A stretch of 64,000 nucleotides of DNA from a virus. Where the stretch lies: the IMG/VR virus record IMGVR_UViG_3300037483_001046. One strand, given 5' to 3'. The notes beneath the pieces were generated by a model that worked only from the letters and a program-made list of their open reading frames with translations, had not been told where the DNA came from and did not search any database. The position numbers were made by a program, and so were the translations under genes. Of this stretch, positions 18,031-29,062 are shown piece after piece; position 1 is the first letter of the stretch, and every line of letters begins with the position of its first letter.

Positions 18031-19623
18031 ATGAATACCGTATCTTTCTCCGAATATCAGGAGAATATTTTTGATTTCGTACAAAACGGACGTGGTGATG
18101 GAGTTATCAGTGCCAGCGCAGGGTCCGGTAAAACCTTTACATTGGTTCATGCCGCAAAGCTCGTGAGCGGCTCTGGCATCTTCCTGGCCTTTAATAAACA
18201 TATTGCTGACGAGCTAGAGAGCAAGCTCCAGGGCACGGCCATGAGCGCGAGCACGATCCATAGCCTTGGCTTTCGTGCCGTTCGTTCTCGCTTTCGCAAG
18301 ACCAAAGTTGCGGCCAGCAAGTACAAAGACATTGTTAATCGCATGGTTTTAGCAATGGCTGATAAAAATAAGAAAAATGCCATGCAAAAACACAATATTT
18401 GGCCAACCGATCTTGAGCGCTCGGTTATTAATGAAAATGGAGGATTCAATGGTGAATTGATGCGGCTTATTGATCTGGGCCGTCAGTACCTTATCAATCC
18501 TAAGTCTGAGTCTGACAATGCCATTGAGAGCCTATTCGACATTATCGAGCACTTCGCCATTGATTTTGATCCAGATCTGGAAAGTTTGTCTATTCATTGC
18601 GCGATTGCCGCAATGAATGCGGGTATTCGTGAAGCCGATAAGTCTATCGATTTTACGGATATGCTTTACATTCCAAATATTTTGAATATTTCAGTAAGTA
18701 GATTCTCACATATTTTTCTTGATGAATGTCAAGATTTGTCGCCGGCACAGCTTGGTATCGCCATGAAAGCCAGGGCGCCCGGCGGTCGAATTTTGGCTTG
18801 TGGAGATAAATTCCAGTCAATTATGGGATTCGCGGGAGCAGATTCCAATAGCTTTCAAAATATTATTGACAAGCTAGACGCCAAGGTTATGCCTCTTTCA
18901 ATATGTTATCGGTGTCCAACTTCTCATTTGGATCTTGCACGCCAATTCTGTCCAAACATTGAAAATGCGCCAGAAGCTATTGAGGGACAGATTTTAAATC
19001 TTGATGCGAATAAGGCTGTCGATCAAATGAAAGAAGGAGATTTGGTAATTTGTCGAGTTAATGCCCCCTTGCTTTCCTTCTGTTTCAAGCTCATTTCTGA
19101 AGGGATCAGCGCCAGCATTCGAGGAAAGGATATCGGCAAGAATCTTACCAAAATCATCCGCTCCATGTTCCGTCGTAAATTGAATGACTCTTTAGATAAT
19201 GAGACTTTCATGGATAAGCTTACGGAATGGAAAAATCGAGAGGAAGAGAAAATCCGTAGAGTTTCTCGTAATGAATCCTCGGCAAGCACCAAATTGGAAT
19301 TGCTTGAAGATAAAGCAAGTTGCATTTTGACAGTTTATGGATCAAGCAAGGCCGAAACCCCTCAAGGACTTATTGAGGATATTGAAATGCTTTTCTCCAA
19401 TGATAATCCATCGGTTGTTCTTTCAAGCGTGCATCGCGCAAAAGGACTTGAAGCAGACAATATCTATATCCTAAAGCAAGAGTTGCTCGGAAATACGTCC
19501 CGATGCAAACGAGAATGGCAAAGTAAACAGGAATTGAATCTTGCATATGTGGCACTGACAAGGGCAAAGAAATCCCTTGTGTTCGTTTCTGGTGATCTCG
19601 ACTCAAACTCAATCCCTGATTAG
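18031..19623 (+). CDS. UvrD/Rep-family superfamily 1 helicase
   Basis: SASAGSGKT, FLDECQD, GDKFQSIMGF, LSICYRC, SSVHRAKGLE, YVALTRAK. Confidence 0.92.
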   Translation: MNTVSFSEYQENIFDFVQNGRGDGVISASAGSGKTFTLVHAAKLVSGSGIFLAFNKHIADELESKLQGTAMSASTIHSLGFRAVRSRFRKTKVAASKYKDIVNRMVLAMADKNKKNAMQKHNIWPTDLERSVINENGGFNGELMRLIDLGRQYLINPKSESDNAIESLFDIIEHFAIDFDPDLESLSIHCAIAAMNAGIREADKSIDFTDMLYIPNILNISVSRFSHIFLDECQDLSPAQLGIAMKARAPGGRILACGDKFQSIMGFAGADSNSFQNIIDKLDAKVMPLSICYRCPTSHLDLARQFCPNIENAPEAIEGQILNLDANKAVDQMKEGDLVICRVNAPLLSFCFKLISEGISASIRGKDIGKNLTKIIRSMFRRKLNDSLDNETFMDKLTEWKNREEEKIRRVSRNESSASTKLELLEDKASCILTVYGSSKAETPQGLIEDIEMLFSNDNPSVVLSSVHRAKGLEADNIYILKQELLGNTSRCKREWQSKQELNLAYVALTRAKKSLVFVSGDLDSNSIPD

Positions 19624-19630
19624 CTAACAA

Positions 19631-19656
19631 GGCGGGAATATTCCCGCCTTTTTTTA
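19631..19656 (+). terminator. intrinsic terminator
   Basis: GGCGGGAA-TA-TTCCCGCC followed by T-run. Confidence 0.7.
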
Positions 19657-19761
19657 TGCGATAACTTTACGGCACAAGAATTATTGCTTTTTTTTGCAGT
19701 TAGTTCCACTTAACAGAAAGGCACCATAAGGGCGCCTTTCCGTTCCAAAATGCAGTTAAGT

Positions 19762-19980
19762 TTATCGTTTGATATTGGAAACCGGGCTATTGGGATTGGA
19801 CCTCAAGTATTCGATTCCTTCAACCGTAACGACGTGGAATCCCTCTGGAGGGTTTCTGACCGCACGATATCGCGGAACACGCTGGCCATTGATAAAATAG
19901 CTGGTAGCGCCTCCGGTGTCCTTGGTGTTTGCTTTGGTAATTGTTGTTTTTGTCATTGTTGTCCTCATTGGATATTTCAT
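19762..19980 (-). CDS. small hypothetical protein
   Basis: Minus-strand ORF downstream of 20061..20930. Confidence 0.5.
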   Translation of the reverse strand: MKYPMRTTMTKTTITKANTKDTGGATSYFINGQRVPRYRAVRNPPEGFHVVTVEGIEYLRSNPNSPVSNIKR

Positions 19981-20060
19981 TCTACCAAAGCGAATTTCAA
20001 GTTTATCAATAAAAAAGCCGCCCTTCAGGCGGCTTATTCTTTTAGATGATTGGACGCAGA

Positions 20061-20930
20061 TTATGCGGCCTTGCTACGTCGGCGCTTTTTAGCAGGAGCG
20101 TTCCCTTTGGCGCGAGTTACCAAGCCTGGCCACTCCATGTTCTTATTGATGGAGAAAGATACCTCGTCGCCGGTCATGAAGGAATTCCAAGCATTCACGA
20201 ACATAACCGCCTTGAACTGGCTACTCGTATGAGTCTTACTGTTTGCCAGTTTGACAAGCTTTTCTTGCAATTTGTAGATAGGACTACTTTTTGCCGGGCG
20301 ATCCTCGTCTGCAAAGATGTTGAAAAACTCTTTTGCCTTGGTCTTGTTCTTGCTTGCAAAGACAAAATACAACCCAATGAAGAAAGAAGAGTTGCAGCCA
20401 TAGAGCCGACCAATTTCCAATTCATCAAGAATATAATAAATCGCATCCAAGAGAGCCTTTTCGTTCTCTTCGGCGAAATTGATGATCTGGGTATTCGTCA
20501 TTTTGTTCCACCGAAGGCGAGAAATCTTGGTATGCTCCTCACTTTCCAGTCCTTGCATGGCGGTGATCATGCGGATAGCTGTCTCAGCTTTTCGTCCATA
20601 GGGATATCCCATGATAGCCAAGGCATCGCCCGCTCGACGAACGCTAGGGCAATCCATGTGACGAAAGGAATCGGGATCCGCTCCACGAAACACAATCATT
20701 TCCACGGTTTTTCCCGATTTGATGATTGCATGGAGTCGATGTTGCCCGTTTCGGAGATCTCCATTCGAGTCAAACGTGACACAATCTCCAACAAGATCCC
20801 AATCATCCTCGGTCATTTGGTCGGAAAGCCATGTGATATTACTATCACGAAGCGGGCGATTATCGTTGTTGTGAATGAGATACTTTTCTGCTTTTTTTGG
20901 GGATATTTTTTCGATTCTTACAGAGCGCAT
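20061..20930 (-). CDS. ParB/Srx-like (DGQHR-type) N-terminal domain protein
   Basis: NNDNRPL...TFDSNGDLRNGQHRLHAI; divergent TTGACA promoters at about 20979-21018. Confidence 0.65.
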   Translation of the reverse strand: MRSVRIEKISPKKAEKYLIHNNDNRPLRDSNITWLSDQMTEDDWDLVGDCVTFDSNGDLRNGQHRLHAIIKSGKTVEMIVFRGADPDSFRHMDCPSVRRAGDALAIMGYPYGRKAETAIRMITAMQGLESEEHTKISRLRWNKMTNTQIINFAEENEKALLDAIYYILDELEIGRLYGCNSSFFIGLYFVFASKNKTKAKEFFNIFADEDRPAKSSPIYKLQEKLVKLANSKTHTSSQFKAVMFVNAWNSFMTGDEVSFSINKNMEWPGLVTRAKGNAPAKKRRRSKAA

Positions 20931-21028
20931 AAGTTTTTATGCTCCTTCGGATTTGATGATTACCAAATCCCATTTAGTTTGTCAAGCTTATTGACAAGCG
21001 CTTGCGCGGTCTTAAGTTGAAAGGAACC

Positions 21029-21478
21029 ATGGGAGCCCAAGATCTGGAATATAACCCGCTAGAGACAAGTCATAGGGCGTCTCTCGCTATTGCCCTAACA
21101 AGCAAGCTTAGGGAGTCTGGGTTTTCTCATTCGATTGATGAAATCACCAGCAAAGAGGAAGTCTGGGTGCGCACTTTGCACACCGATGATCGTGTAAAAA
21201 TCAAGGTTTATACGACAATTGCGTCAGAACCCTGGACAAATCCTCAGAATGGTGAGAGAATCATGGTCCGCAGGGTGCGCTCGAAAGGATCGGATGCGAT
21301 TCGCGTTTGCGCAACCGTAACTTTTTCAAGCGGATTTACCAAAGGTTATGCGAAAAGCAATCGGATAAACCGAACGGGAACATTTAGGAGCATTACAAAT
21401 CGCATGCATAAAAAGATGCGAGAAGTATATCTGATTTGTCTTAAAAGAGTTCACGATGAGAAGAAGAAGAAAAGTTAG
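21029..21478 (+). CDS. hypothetical protein
   Basis: Promoter TTGACA-N16-TAAGTT at 20991-21018, GAAAGGA RBS. Confidence 0.7.
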   Translation: MGAQDLEYNPLETSHRASLAIALTSKLRESGFSHSIDEITSKEEVWVRTLHTDDRVKIKVYTTIASEPWTNPQNGERIMVRRVRSKGSDAIRVCATVTFSSGFTKGYAKSNRINRTGTFRSITNRMHKKMREVYLICLKRVHDEKKKKS

Positions 21479-21762
21479 ATATACGGTTGAGGTTCCCGGC
21501 CTTTGGTGGAGCCGCTCTGATAATAGATGGATGGCGATTGATGAAGGAATCCAGAAAAACGTTGGACTATCAAGCCATAGAGGTTTCAACACAGCAAATC
21601 GAGCGTTTGCTCATGCTGATGGATTGATGCAAAAAGGATATCTCGTAAGCATAATGCGCATAATGCGCGTAAAATCTAATGTGATTGCGCAAGAATTCGC
21701 AAATTGTGATTGGGCTGATCCTGAAACCGAAAATTGTAATCTAAGAACTTATAAAAGTTATC

Positions 21763-22278
21763 ATGGATAAGACAAGAATTTTATACGTTGACGATTCACA
21801 CTTGTTGCTTTCAGCAATCTCGTCTCTTTTGTCACGACATGGTTATGAAATTGTCATTGAATCTGATCCGGCAAAAGGGATCGATTTGGCAAATAATGAT
21901 GATTTCGACATTATTCTTTGCGATTATGATATGCCGCATATTAATGGCGACCAATTTTATGATCGTATTTCTTCTAAAAACAAAAAGAAATTTGTTCTCT
22001 TTTCTGGGAGTTCTCACAAATCTCCCTCTGGAATGTCTATCCAAAAAGGTATTGATAGCTTTCTGCTAATTCAGGAACTAAAAGAAATGCATAAAACAAT
22101 AGATAGAGAGTGTTCAGGGGTTGGATGCGGCAAGCACGTTGCGCATTGCAAGGGTTGCGGAAAGGGAGCAACCGAAATAGAATATCTCGCTGGCGGTTGG
22201 GTCAATTGTAATGGATCATATTGCAGAGATTGTCAGACCCCAGAAATTCGAAAAAATGGATTTGCAGCAAATGACTAA
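21763..22278 (+). CDS. response-regulator receiver (CheY-like) domain with C-terminal Cys-rich tail
   Basis: ILYVDDS, IILCDYDMPHING (phospho-Asp), LFSG, QKG; CSGVGC, CKGC, CNGSYCRDC. Confidence 0.8.
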   Translation: MDKTRILYVDDSHLLLSAISSLLSRHGYEIVIESDPAKGIDLANNDDFDIILCDYDMPHINGDQFYDRISSKNKKKFVLFSGSSHKSPSGMSIQKGIDSFLLIQELKEMHKTIDRECSGVGCGKHVAHCKGCGKGATEIEYLAGGWVNCNGSYCRDCQTPEIRKNGFAAND

Positions 22279-22527
22279 CAAAATTGAAAATTATGGATGT
22301 GTCAAATTCGAACTTGACATAAAAAGACTTCGATTGCCATATAAGGTGACTTCAAATTGTCCTAGGTGCAATAAAGAACATACTATCGATTTGAATGACC
22401 GATATTTGTCATATCCAATGGTTAAAGAAATTTCAAACATTCACTTCGCTTGCGAAGATGACAATCATTACGAAGAATGGTCTGTTGAAGTAATCTTGAA
22501 TATTAGTTTGGAACTTGCGAGGAAACA

Positions 22528-23124
22528 ATGAATAAGTCTTTCAATATCAATATTGAGTTTGATGCAACATTTTCGATTGAAGAGCTTTGGCCTGATGGAG
22601 ATGCGCCGGAGAATCCAACCATCGAAGATGTTAAGAACCTTATTTGCAAAGATCTAAATACAACAAGAGATAATCTTGAAAAACAGAATATTGATTTTCG
22701 AGAACTTTTGATGCGTTGGGGATTTGAAGATGAAGGATATCTTACAATTTCTGATTATTCGCCAATGACAGACGCCAAGGCGCACGATGCCCATGCCGCC
22801 TTCGTCGAGCGTTTCCGACAGATCGGTAAGAAAAGATCGGGGGAATATAAACAAGGGAAAGGATTTCTTTGTCAAACAGATGAAGAAGGCCAAGATCAAT
22901 TCTGTCCTCTTGGAATTTTGGCAGATATCGCAATTGACGGATATTGGGAGAAACATTCAACCAACCAACAATATTGGCGTTTGGGGAGTCTGAAGTATTA
23001 TTATTCCCCCTTTAATATGCCTATTAGTTACAACTGTAATGTCTGGGTTATTTCTGCCATGAACGATTCGAATTATTCATTCGAAGAAATGGCTGACTGG
23101 ATCGAAAAGAATATTCCAGCTTAG
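22528..23124 (+). CDS. two-part hypothetical; C-terminal half is a paralogue of 40792 and 50207
   Basis: RSGEYKQGKGFLC...CPLGILADI...MND...SFEEMADWIEKNIPA. Confidence 0.7.
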   Translation: MNKSFNINIEFDATFSIEELWPDGDAPENPTIEDVKNLICKDLNTTRDNLEKQNIDFRELLMRWGFEDEGYLTISDYSPMTDAKAHDAHAAFVERFRQIGKKRSGEYKQGKGFLCQTDEEGQDQFCPLGILADIAIDGYWEKHSTNQQYWRLGSLKYYYSPFNMPISYNCNVWVISAMNDSNYSFEEMADWIEKNIPA

Positions 23125-23454
23125 AAAGAAAAAACATGACAGTTGTTCCAGCATACGGAAGAGACTATTCTTCCAAAAAAGAAGTTCTTTCCGATTGGGA
23201 AAACAATAAAGATTTTCAAATTTGTGATATTATGTCCCAACATGATGGGAGTTATATCAATAAGCAAGACGCCGAAAACTATGGCGTAAAACAAATCTCT
23301 GTTCGATACAATAAGCTGCGAAAAGTAATGGTTATCAAAACCTGAGAGGAAAAAGAAGACTAATTATGCTTGCTTGTCTATGCGGAGGAATTGAAATTGG
23401 AATAATTGCTGGCATTATTGCTACAATCGCTTCAATCATTCGTAAACTCTCAAA

Positions 23455-24111
23455 ATGAAAGTCGTTGCGATATCAGATACTCACTCTATGCATTCTTCCA
23501 TTTTTGGAGGTTTGCCTCATGGAGATATTTTAATTCATGCTGGAGATTTTTGTGGACGAAGCGACAAGATAAATGTTGGTGTTTTTCTTGAATGGTTTGC
23601 AAGAAGAAAGCACGAGCACAAAATTTTTATATCAGGAAACCATGACAAACCATTCCAAGAAGATCCTCAATGGTGTCAGGAGATTTTAAAGGAGATTGAT
23701 CCAAATATCATTTATCTTCAAGATTCTGGTTGCGAGGTAAATGGAATCAAATTCTGGGGTTCCCCTTGGCAGCCTGAATTTTTTGATTGGGCTTTCAATT
23801 TGCCGCGCGGACCAATTATCAAAGAAAAATGGGATCTTATTCCAAATGACACAGATGTTCTCATAACTCATGGTCCTCCTGATGGCATTTTGGACCTCTG
23901 CCCAGACATAAACGACTATTCAAAAATGGTTCATGTTGGATGTTCCGATCTCATGCGCGCTGTTCGGCGTGTAAATCCAAAGTACCATATTTTTGGCCAC
24001 GTGCATGAGGGATATGGAACCTATTCTGAAGGTGGAACAACGTTTATCAATGCCTCAAGTCTTGATGGAAGATATAAACCAAAGAATCCTGCTATTGCAT
24101 TTGATATTTAA
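23455..24111 (+). CDS. calcineurin-like metallophosphoesterase (MPPED-like)
   Basis: SDTH, HAGD, SGNHD, THGPP, GHVHEGYG. Confidence 0.92.
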   Translation: MKVVAISDTHSMHSSIFGGLPHGDILIHAGDFCGRSDKINVGVFLEWFARRKHEHKIFISGNHDKPFQEDPQWCQEILKEIDPNIIYLQDSGCEVNGIKFWGSPWQPEFFDWAFNLPRGPIIKEKWDLIPNDTDVLITHGPPDGILDLCPDINDYSKMVHVGCSDLMRAVRRVNPKYHIFGHVHEGYGTYSEGGTTFINASSLDGRYKPKNPAIAFDI

Positions 24112-24526
24112 TTGTGTTATATAGTTATTTACTTATGCATAGTTTAGGAACGCTTATTGACATTCATCTTGCATCGAGGAAGAAAGAAATGTTTTCATAC
24201 GATCTGAGAGATTACGCTAAAGCCCTTGGTCATGCCCTTAGTTCTTATAATCATCCTGTTGAGACAATTGGGTTGCCCTCGGTTGAAGAGCAAATTGCTA
24301 TTGCAATGAAAACGATTGGTTCTTGCGTAAAAAGCAAGAAAAAGAGAGACGGAGACCGGCCTAAATATCACGGTATTCTTGCAAAACACGATGATGAAGT
24401 TTGGGTTATCTCTCATAATCATGACAAGAAACGATGGACTTGGAAGGGTTCTCGGGATGAATATTATGACTTTTGGATTTGTGACTGATTGAGAGGCCAT
24501 GGTTTTGTTTATGAGCGCCCGAGAGG

Positions 24527-24554
24527 TTGACAAGCCCTTGGGCGTGATTATGTT
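24527..24554 (+). promoter_or_regulatory. sigma70-type promoter
   Basis: TTGACA-N16-TATGTT. Confidence 0.65.
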
Positions 24555-24631
24555 GCCGGGAGCTATCTGAAAAGATTTGAGGCCGCACTTCTGAACAAGA
24601 TCGTGCTCGCCCCTTTACCAACGTTCAAAGG

Positions 24632-25066
24632 ATGAACACGATGCGACACCTAGTGCCAGCGATTTGCATTCTGCTCGGGGGCTGCCTCAGCCGCCCAGGA
24701 CACTTCAACGACGAAAACACCGAATCCGGCAGCTCCAGCAGCTTCGAGGAAAGCGAGAGCGGAGATGAGGACGAGAGCGAAAGCGGAGATGATGACTACG
24801 ACGTCGGCGATGGACCCAAGTTTGACGTCTTGTTCGTGCCCGACGCCCCGGAAGAGCCCGACCTGCCGCAGTGCTCCGTCGTGGCCACGTGTGATGACGA
24901 GTTGAACATGCAAGCAAACTGTCCGGCCGGAACCCACTGCGTGCGCGACCCAGACCCCGGGCACTGCGAGCCCAACCAGGACAACTGCGTGTGCGGTCAC
25001 GTGCAATGCGAGGACGACCAGCTGTGCACGTGGTCGGACGACCTCAGCTGGTACCTCTGCGATTAG
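24632..25066 (+). CDS. GC-rich, Cys-rich acidic lipoprotein of myxobacterial style
   Basis: Lipobox LLGGC, Ser/Glu/Gly/Asp linker, GPKFDV, multiple Cys; visibly more GC-rich than its flanks. Confidence 0.7.
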   Translation: MNTMRHLVPAICILLGGCLSRPGHFNDENTESGSSSSFEESESGDEDESESGDDDYDVGDGPKFDVLFVPDAPEEPDLPQCSVVATCDDELNMQANCPAGTHCVRDPDPGHCEPNQDNCVCGHVQCEDDQLCTWSDDLSWYLCD

Positions 25067-25220
25067 GTTAGGGTAATCTAAAGAAGAAATGAAAGTTTTT
25101 GCTGAAGTGGGTCTTTAAATTAAAATTAATTTTAAATTAATTGGTTAATTTAAGGGTAATTCAAATAATTGAATTTTTATCTAATTTAAAATTAAATTAA
25201 AATTAAAGGAGACAATAAAA

Positions 25221-25571
25221 ATGGATTTTGAAATTTTAGACTTTATTGAGAGCGATGCAGGACTATTGCGTTATAGCATCTTGATTAAGTGCCCAAATGA
25301 ATTCCATCTTGTGATTGATATTGAGTATGATATCAATGTAGATTATGAGGATGGATTTTTTGAAAGCATTGCTTTTTACGAAGTCCATGATTGCTATTCA
25401 GCAAATGTGCAAGATTCTGAAGATGGGTTTGTGATTGAAAAGAGAATGAAGTTTACGCCAAGCGAACTTTTGCTTGAAACCCTATCCCAGAAAATTGAAC
25501 CTACTCTAAAAGAGGATGCTCCATACTTTTTGGAGCAAAAGAGAATTGATTATTTACAATATGAAAATTGA
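25221..25571 (+). CDS. acidic hypothetical protein
   Basis: AAAGGAG RBS after an AT-rich tract. Confidence 0.7.
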   Translation: MDFEILDFIESDAGLLRYSILIKCPNEFHLVIDIEYDINVDYEDGFFESIAFYEVHDCYSANVQDSEDGFVIEKRMKFTPSELLLETLSQKIEPTLKEDAPYFLEQKRIDYLQYEN

Positions 25572-26199
25572 TGTTGATATTAACGCCATTGAAATGGCGT
25601 CTTATGATGATGATTTCGAGCCATTGCTTGAGATTATCTCTGATATTATGGTCGCCGCTGGAAAACCAATTGCTGAACGCAATATCCAGAAATTCCTTGT
25701 AGATCATTCGATCTTGGAAGAAGAGCTAGAATCTGCCCAAAAAGAATATCAAGAGCTTGAAGAAAAGCTTGAAGAGATTGAAAGTCAAAATGACACTTTC
25801 GTTGAAGATCTTTTGAGAATTGAGAGTAAAGAAGATTTGGGGAAAGCTATTTCTAAATTTTTGTCCAATATTAAGTTGAAAGAATATAAAAAAGGACAAG
25901 TAATGCTTGAACTTCAAGCTGTCTTGGAAACAAATATTGTCGATTCTGAAGAAGAAAGTATTGAATCAAAAACTCAAGAATGGGAAAATTTTCGTCAGCA
26001 AGAGATTAGAGCAAAGGATATGATCCCAAAGCTTTCCGATGCTCAAAAGTTGACGATTATTGAATTTGTATCTCCTGTTGGCATTCATAGTGGAACTTTG
26101 CGCGCTTTGCGTAAGAAGAAAATTGTTGATGATTCCGGTACGAAGTTTACTTCGCTTGGAGATATGATTCGTATGCATTTGAGGAAATCTAATGGATGA
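25561..26199 (+). CDS. hypothetical protein with coiled-coil segment
   Basis: ATG 25561; LEEELESAQKEYQELEEKLEE heptads. Confidence 0.65.
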   Translation: MKIDVDINAIEMASYDDDFEPLLEIISDIMVAAGKPIAERNIQKFLVDHSILEEELESAQKEYQELEEKLEEIESQNDTFVEDLLRIESKEDLGKAISKFLSNIKLKEYKKGQVMLELQAVLETNIVDSEEESIESKTQEWENFRQQEIRAKDMIPKLSDAQKLTIIEFVSPVGIHSGTLRALRKKKIVDDSGTKFTSLGDMIRMHLRKSNG

Positions 26200-26609
26200 A
26201 TGGACAACTGAATGGCCGCAAGAAGAAGGTTGGTTTTGGACCAAGCAAGAGGGATATTACAGTGGGGAGATTATTGCGGTCAGAGTTAGACATGCTGGAC
26301 AGTCTGATCGCAAATTTTGGGTTTGGATTCGAAATGGAGGATTTCTTCATAAAGAAGAACAAAAAAATACCCCTCCTATTTGGTGGATTAAAGCACAAAT
26401 GCCAAAAGAAATGCCATCCATATGAAATGGAAACATAACACAAATAAATGCACAAAAACTGAATGTTTTTGTTTGAATCCTGAAATTCCCGATCCGATTT
26501 GTGATTGCGGCAATCCTGGATGGGCATGCGCATGCTATGATGGAAGATTTGATGAAGATGAAGATGAAGACTTGCTTGACAAGAGCCAAGAAAGACTTAC
26601 ATTGAGTCC

Positions 26610-27191
26610 ATGAGCAATACGATTACCGTTGACCTGATCAACGACAAGAAGCTTGACGTTGATTTGAGCCAGTTTAAGGACGAGTTGACGATCACTTTGC
26701 CGCTTGATGTTAACGACGATATGACCATTGGATTTATTGAAATCATGGTCAACGGTTACATTGACCTTTTCTATTATAGCTATATTGGCTATTGGGCACG
26801 CGGATTGCACTATGACGATGATCATCACTGTTGGCTTTGTTTGGATCATGGTGACGAGATTGCTTTGACGGACGAGCAAGAAGATATCATCATTGATGAT
26901 TACAAAAAGAATCTGTATTCTGGGTCTTGTCTTTACGAGGCCGATCCTGAAAGCGGGTCCATTAATGTGGTAGACGTCGAAGATATGCCACACGATGAAA
27001 TTATCAATCTTCTTCAGGAAAATAATACTGAGCGCAAAATTCATGTTTTCGTAATTGATATGTCTTTCGCTATGCGAGCTTGTGCGCACATTGCTCAACG
27101 CAAAGGAATGAGCGAGTTTTACAATTGGGATGCAAATACGGTTGATCTAGGCGTTCAGTACACTTTGTTTGGCGAGCTTATCTATGGATAA
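26610..27191 (+). CDS. acidic hypothetical protein
   Basis: 193 aa ORF with ATGA overlap. Confidence 0.7.
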   Translation: MSNTITVDLINDKKLDVDLSQFKDELTITLPLDVNDDMTIGFIEIMVNGYIDLFYYSYIGYWARGLHYDDDHHCWLCLDHGDEIALTDEQEDIIIDDYKKNLYSGSCLYEADPESGSINVVDVEDMPHDEIINLLQENNTERKIHVFVIDMSFAMRACAHIAQRKGMSEFYNWDANTVDLGVQYTLFGELIYG

Positions 27192-27341
27192 CAAGAAAAA
27201 GGATCCCAGAACGGGATTGCCTTTATGCGTTCCTTGTCCAGTTTGTAATGTTCAAGTTGGTGAATATTGTCGGAGCAAAAACAAGAGAACGGATATGAAA
27301 TATACGCATCTAAAAAGGGTGCAGAAAATTTTGAGAGAAAC

Positions 27342-27773
27342 ATGAAAAAGAATAAAATGATTGTTAGGCATACGGTTGAAACGATTGTAGATGTTGAAGA
27401 AGGGATTTCTCTTACGGATGTTAAATATAGAAATCTATGCAATGAATTGGAATCCGTCTATGGACCTCCGATTGAAGGAAGTCATCGCACAGTTTTTATT
27501 GATAAAAAGAATGACGAAGTAATCAAGGTCCCATCCCAGAATTCTGGCGATTTTGCAAATCAACAAGAGCTGAATACTCAAGGCGAGCTATATGCTAAAA
27601 CTAAGCTTGACAAGGAGTTGACAGAGAGGTATGGTTATGTTGTAATCCGAATGGAATATGTCGAGCACAGTGGGTATTCAAAAGAACCCGACTGGACATG
27701 GAGTATTGACTGTGGCCAAGTTGGCCACACCAAAGATGGAAGACTCGTCGCATACGATTGGGATACAATATAG
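27342..27773 (+). CDS. minimal protein-kinase-like protein
   Basis: GSHRTVF (Gly loop), VIKVP (catalytic Lys), ANQQE (alpha-C Glu), IRMEYV (hinge), LVAYDW. Confidence 0.5.
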   Translation: MKKNKMIVRHTVETIVDVEEGISLTDVKYRNLCNELESVYGPPIEGSHRTVFIDKKNDEVIKVPSQNSGDFANQQELNTQGELYAKTKLDKELTERYGYVVIRMEYVEHSGYSKEPDWTWSIDCGQVGHTKDGRLVAYDWDTI

Positions 27774-29062
27774 GGCGAATCCTACTTCGCCCACAAAGGA
27801 AGAATAATGGGAAAATATGAAATAACAGAAGAGGCTCGGGATCAATTTGAAAAATTGGGGACTATTTCTGCACAATTGGTTTATACTGTAATGGACGCGA
27901 ACAGAAGGGTTCCCACCCTAACATTACGTGGGTTTATAATTCGTTTGATGGATCATGCTGATCAGATGAACGAAATTATCTCAAGACTTCAAGAAATTAC
28001 GCCTGAGCCCGATTCAGGAGAAAGCTAATGGAATATCCATATAAAACATTGGCTGATTTACACGTTGCAATGAGAAAAGGTTTACTTCCTGAAGGGGAAT
28101 TCTGCATTATCATTGATAACGATTCGGTTATTGCAATGGTTCATCCTGGATGGGATGAAGACGGAGAAGAATTGGGAGATCCTCAATATCTTTGGAAGTC
28201 AGACGATCCACGAGAAGCCTTGGAAGAAGCTTTGCATAATTTGGGTATGCCAGCTGAGCAAGCTTGATAATCGATTGAAATTTTCTATGACAAAAAAACA
28301 AAAGATTCTCCTTGAAGTAATCGACAACAACAAATTTCAATGCATCGTCAAAAACAATCGCTATGTGATTGAAAAGTCAATCGAGCAAACTTATTCTGTT
28401 ACCGAGTTTGCAAAGAAGAATGATGAATGGATGAAAACCGGCATTTCATGGAATGCTACCTTTTTGAAAGAACTGATCAAAACTTTTGAGGAAATGTAAT
28501 GAGCACTCTTAACGAAATTTCGAGCACTCTTAACGAAATTTCAACGATTTGTCAATCTTGCAAAAAGTCAGAGAAAAGCACGCGCAATCGTTCCATTTAT
28601 GGTAAAGATTATCAAGGACCATGCGGCGATTCTTTTTGCTATGCTTCTTGTGAAATGTCGGCTTGTCGATCTGTAAGCGTTAGAGTTTTCTCCAGCAAAA
28701 AATTGAGACATTACTTCAAGGAAATGACAAGAGAATCTCAAATGTTGGAGTGCTAAATTTTGACACAGAATATGATTGGAAAACCATTTATAAAAACAAG
28801 AATATCATTGTGAATTTTGCGGAGAAGCAAGCCCAGAAAATTGGTGCATTTTTATTGATTATTAATGGTATTTGTCGCCAAACAAACGAAAAGAGTGCTA
28901 AGAAATATGCCAATGAGATTATGAAATCTATGGGATTTTCCAATATAGATTCTGGCATGTCCCCATATCGAGGGACAGGCTATAAATGGAAAATGTTGCA
29001 TGTCCGTGGGCTAATCATGTAATGGGGTTGACAAGCAACCAGATCGGTCTTACATTACCTGC

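Noticed and set aside
20046-21020. 324-aa plus-strand ORF
   Set aside because: Antisense shadow of the minus-strand ParB-like gene, which has recognisable motifs and a promoter.
25100-25210. Replication origin at the AT-rich tract
   Set aside because: Only low-complexity A/T sequence, with no iterons or skew evidence available from this window.
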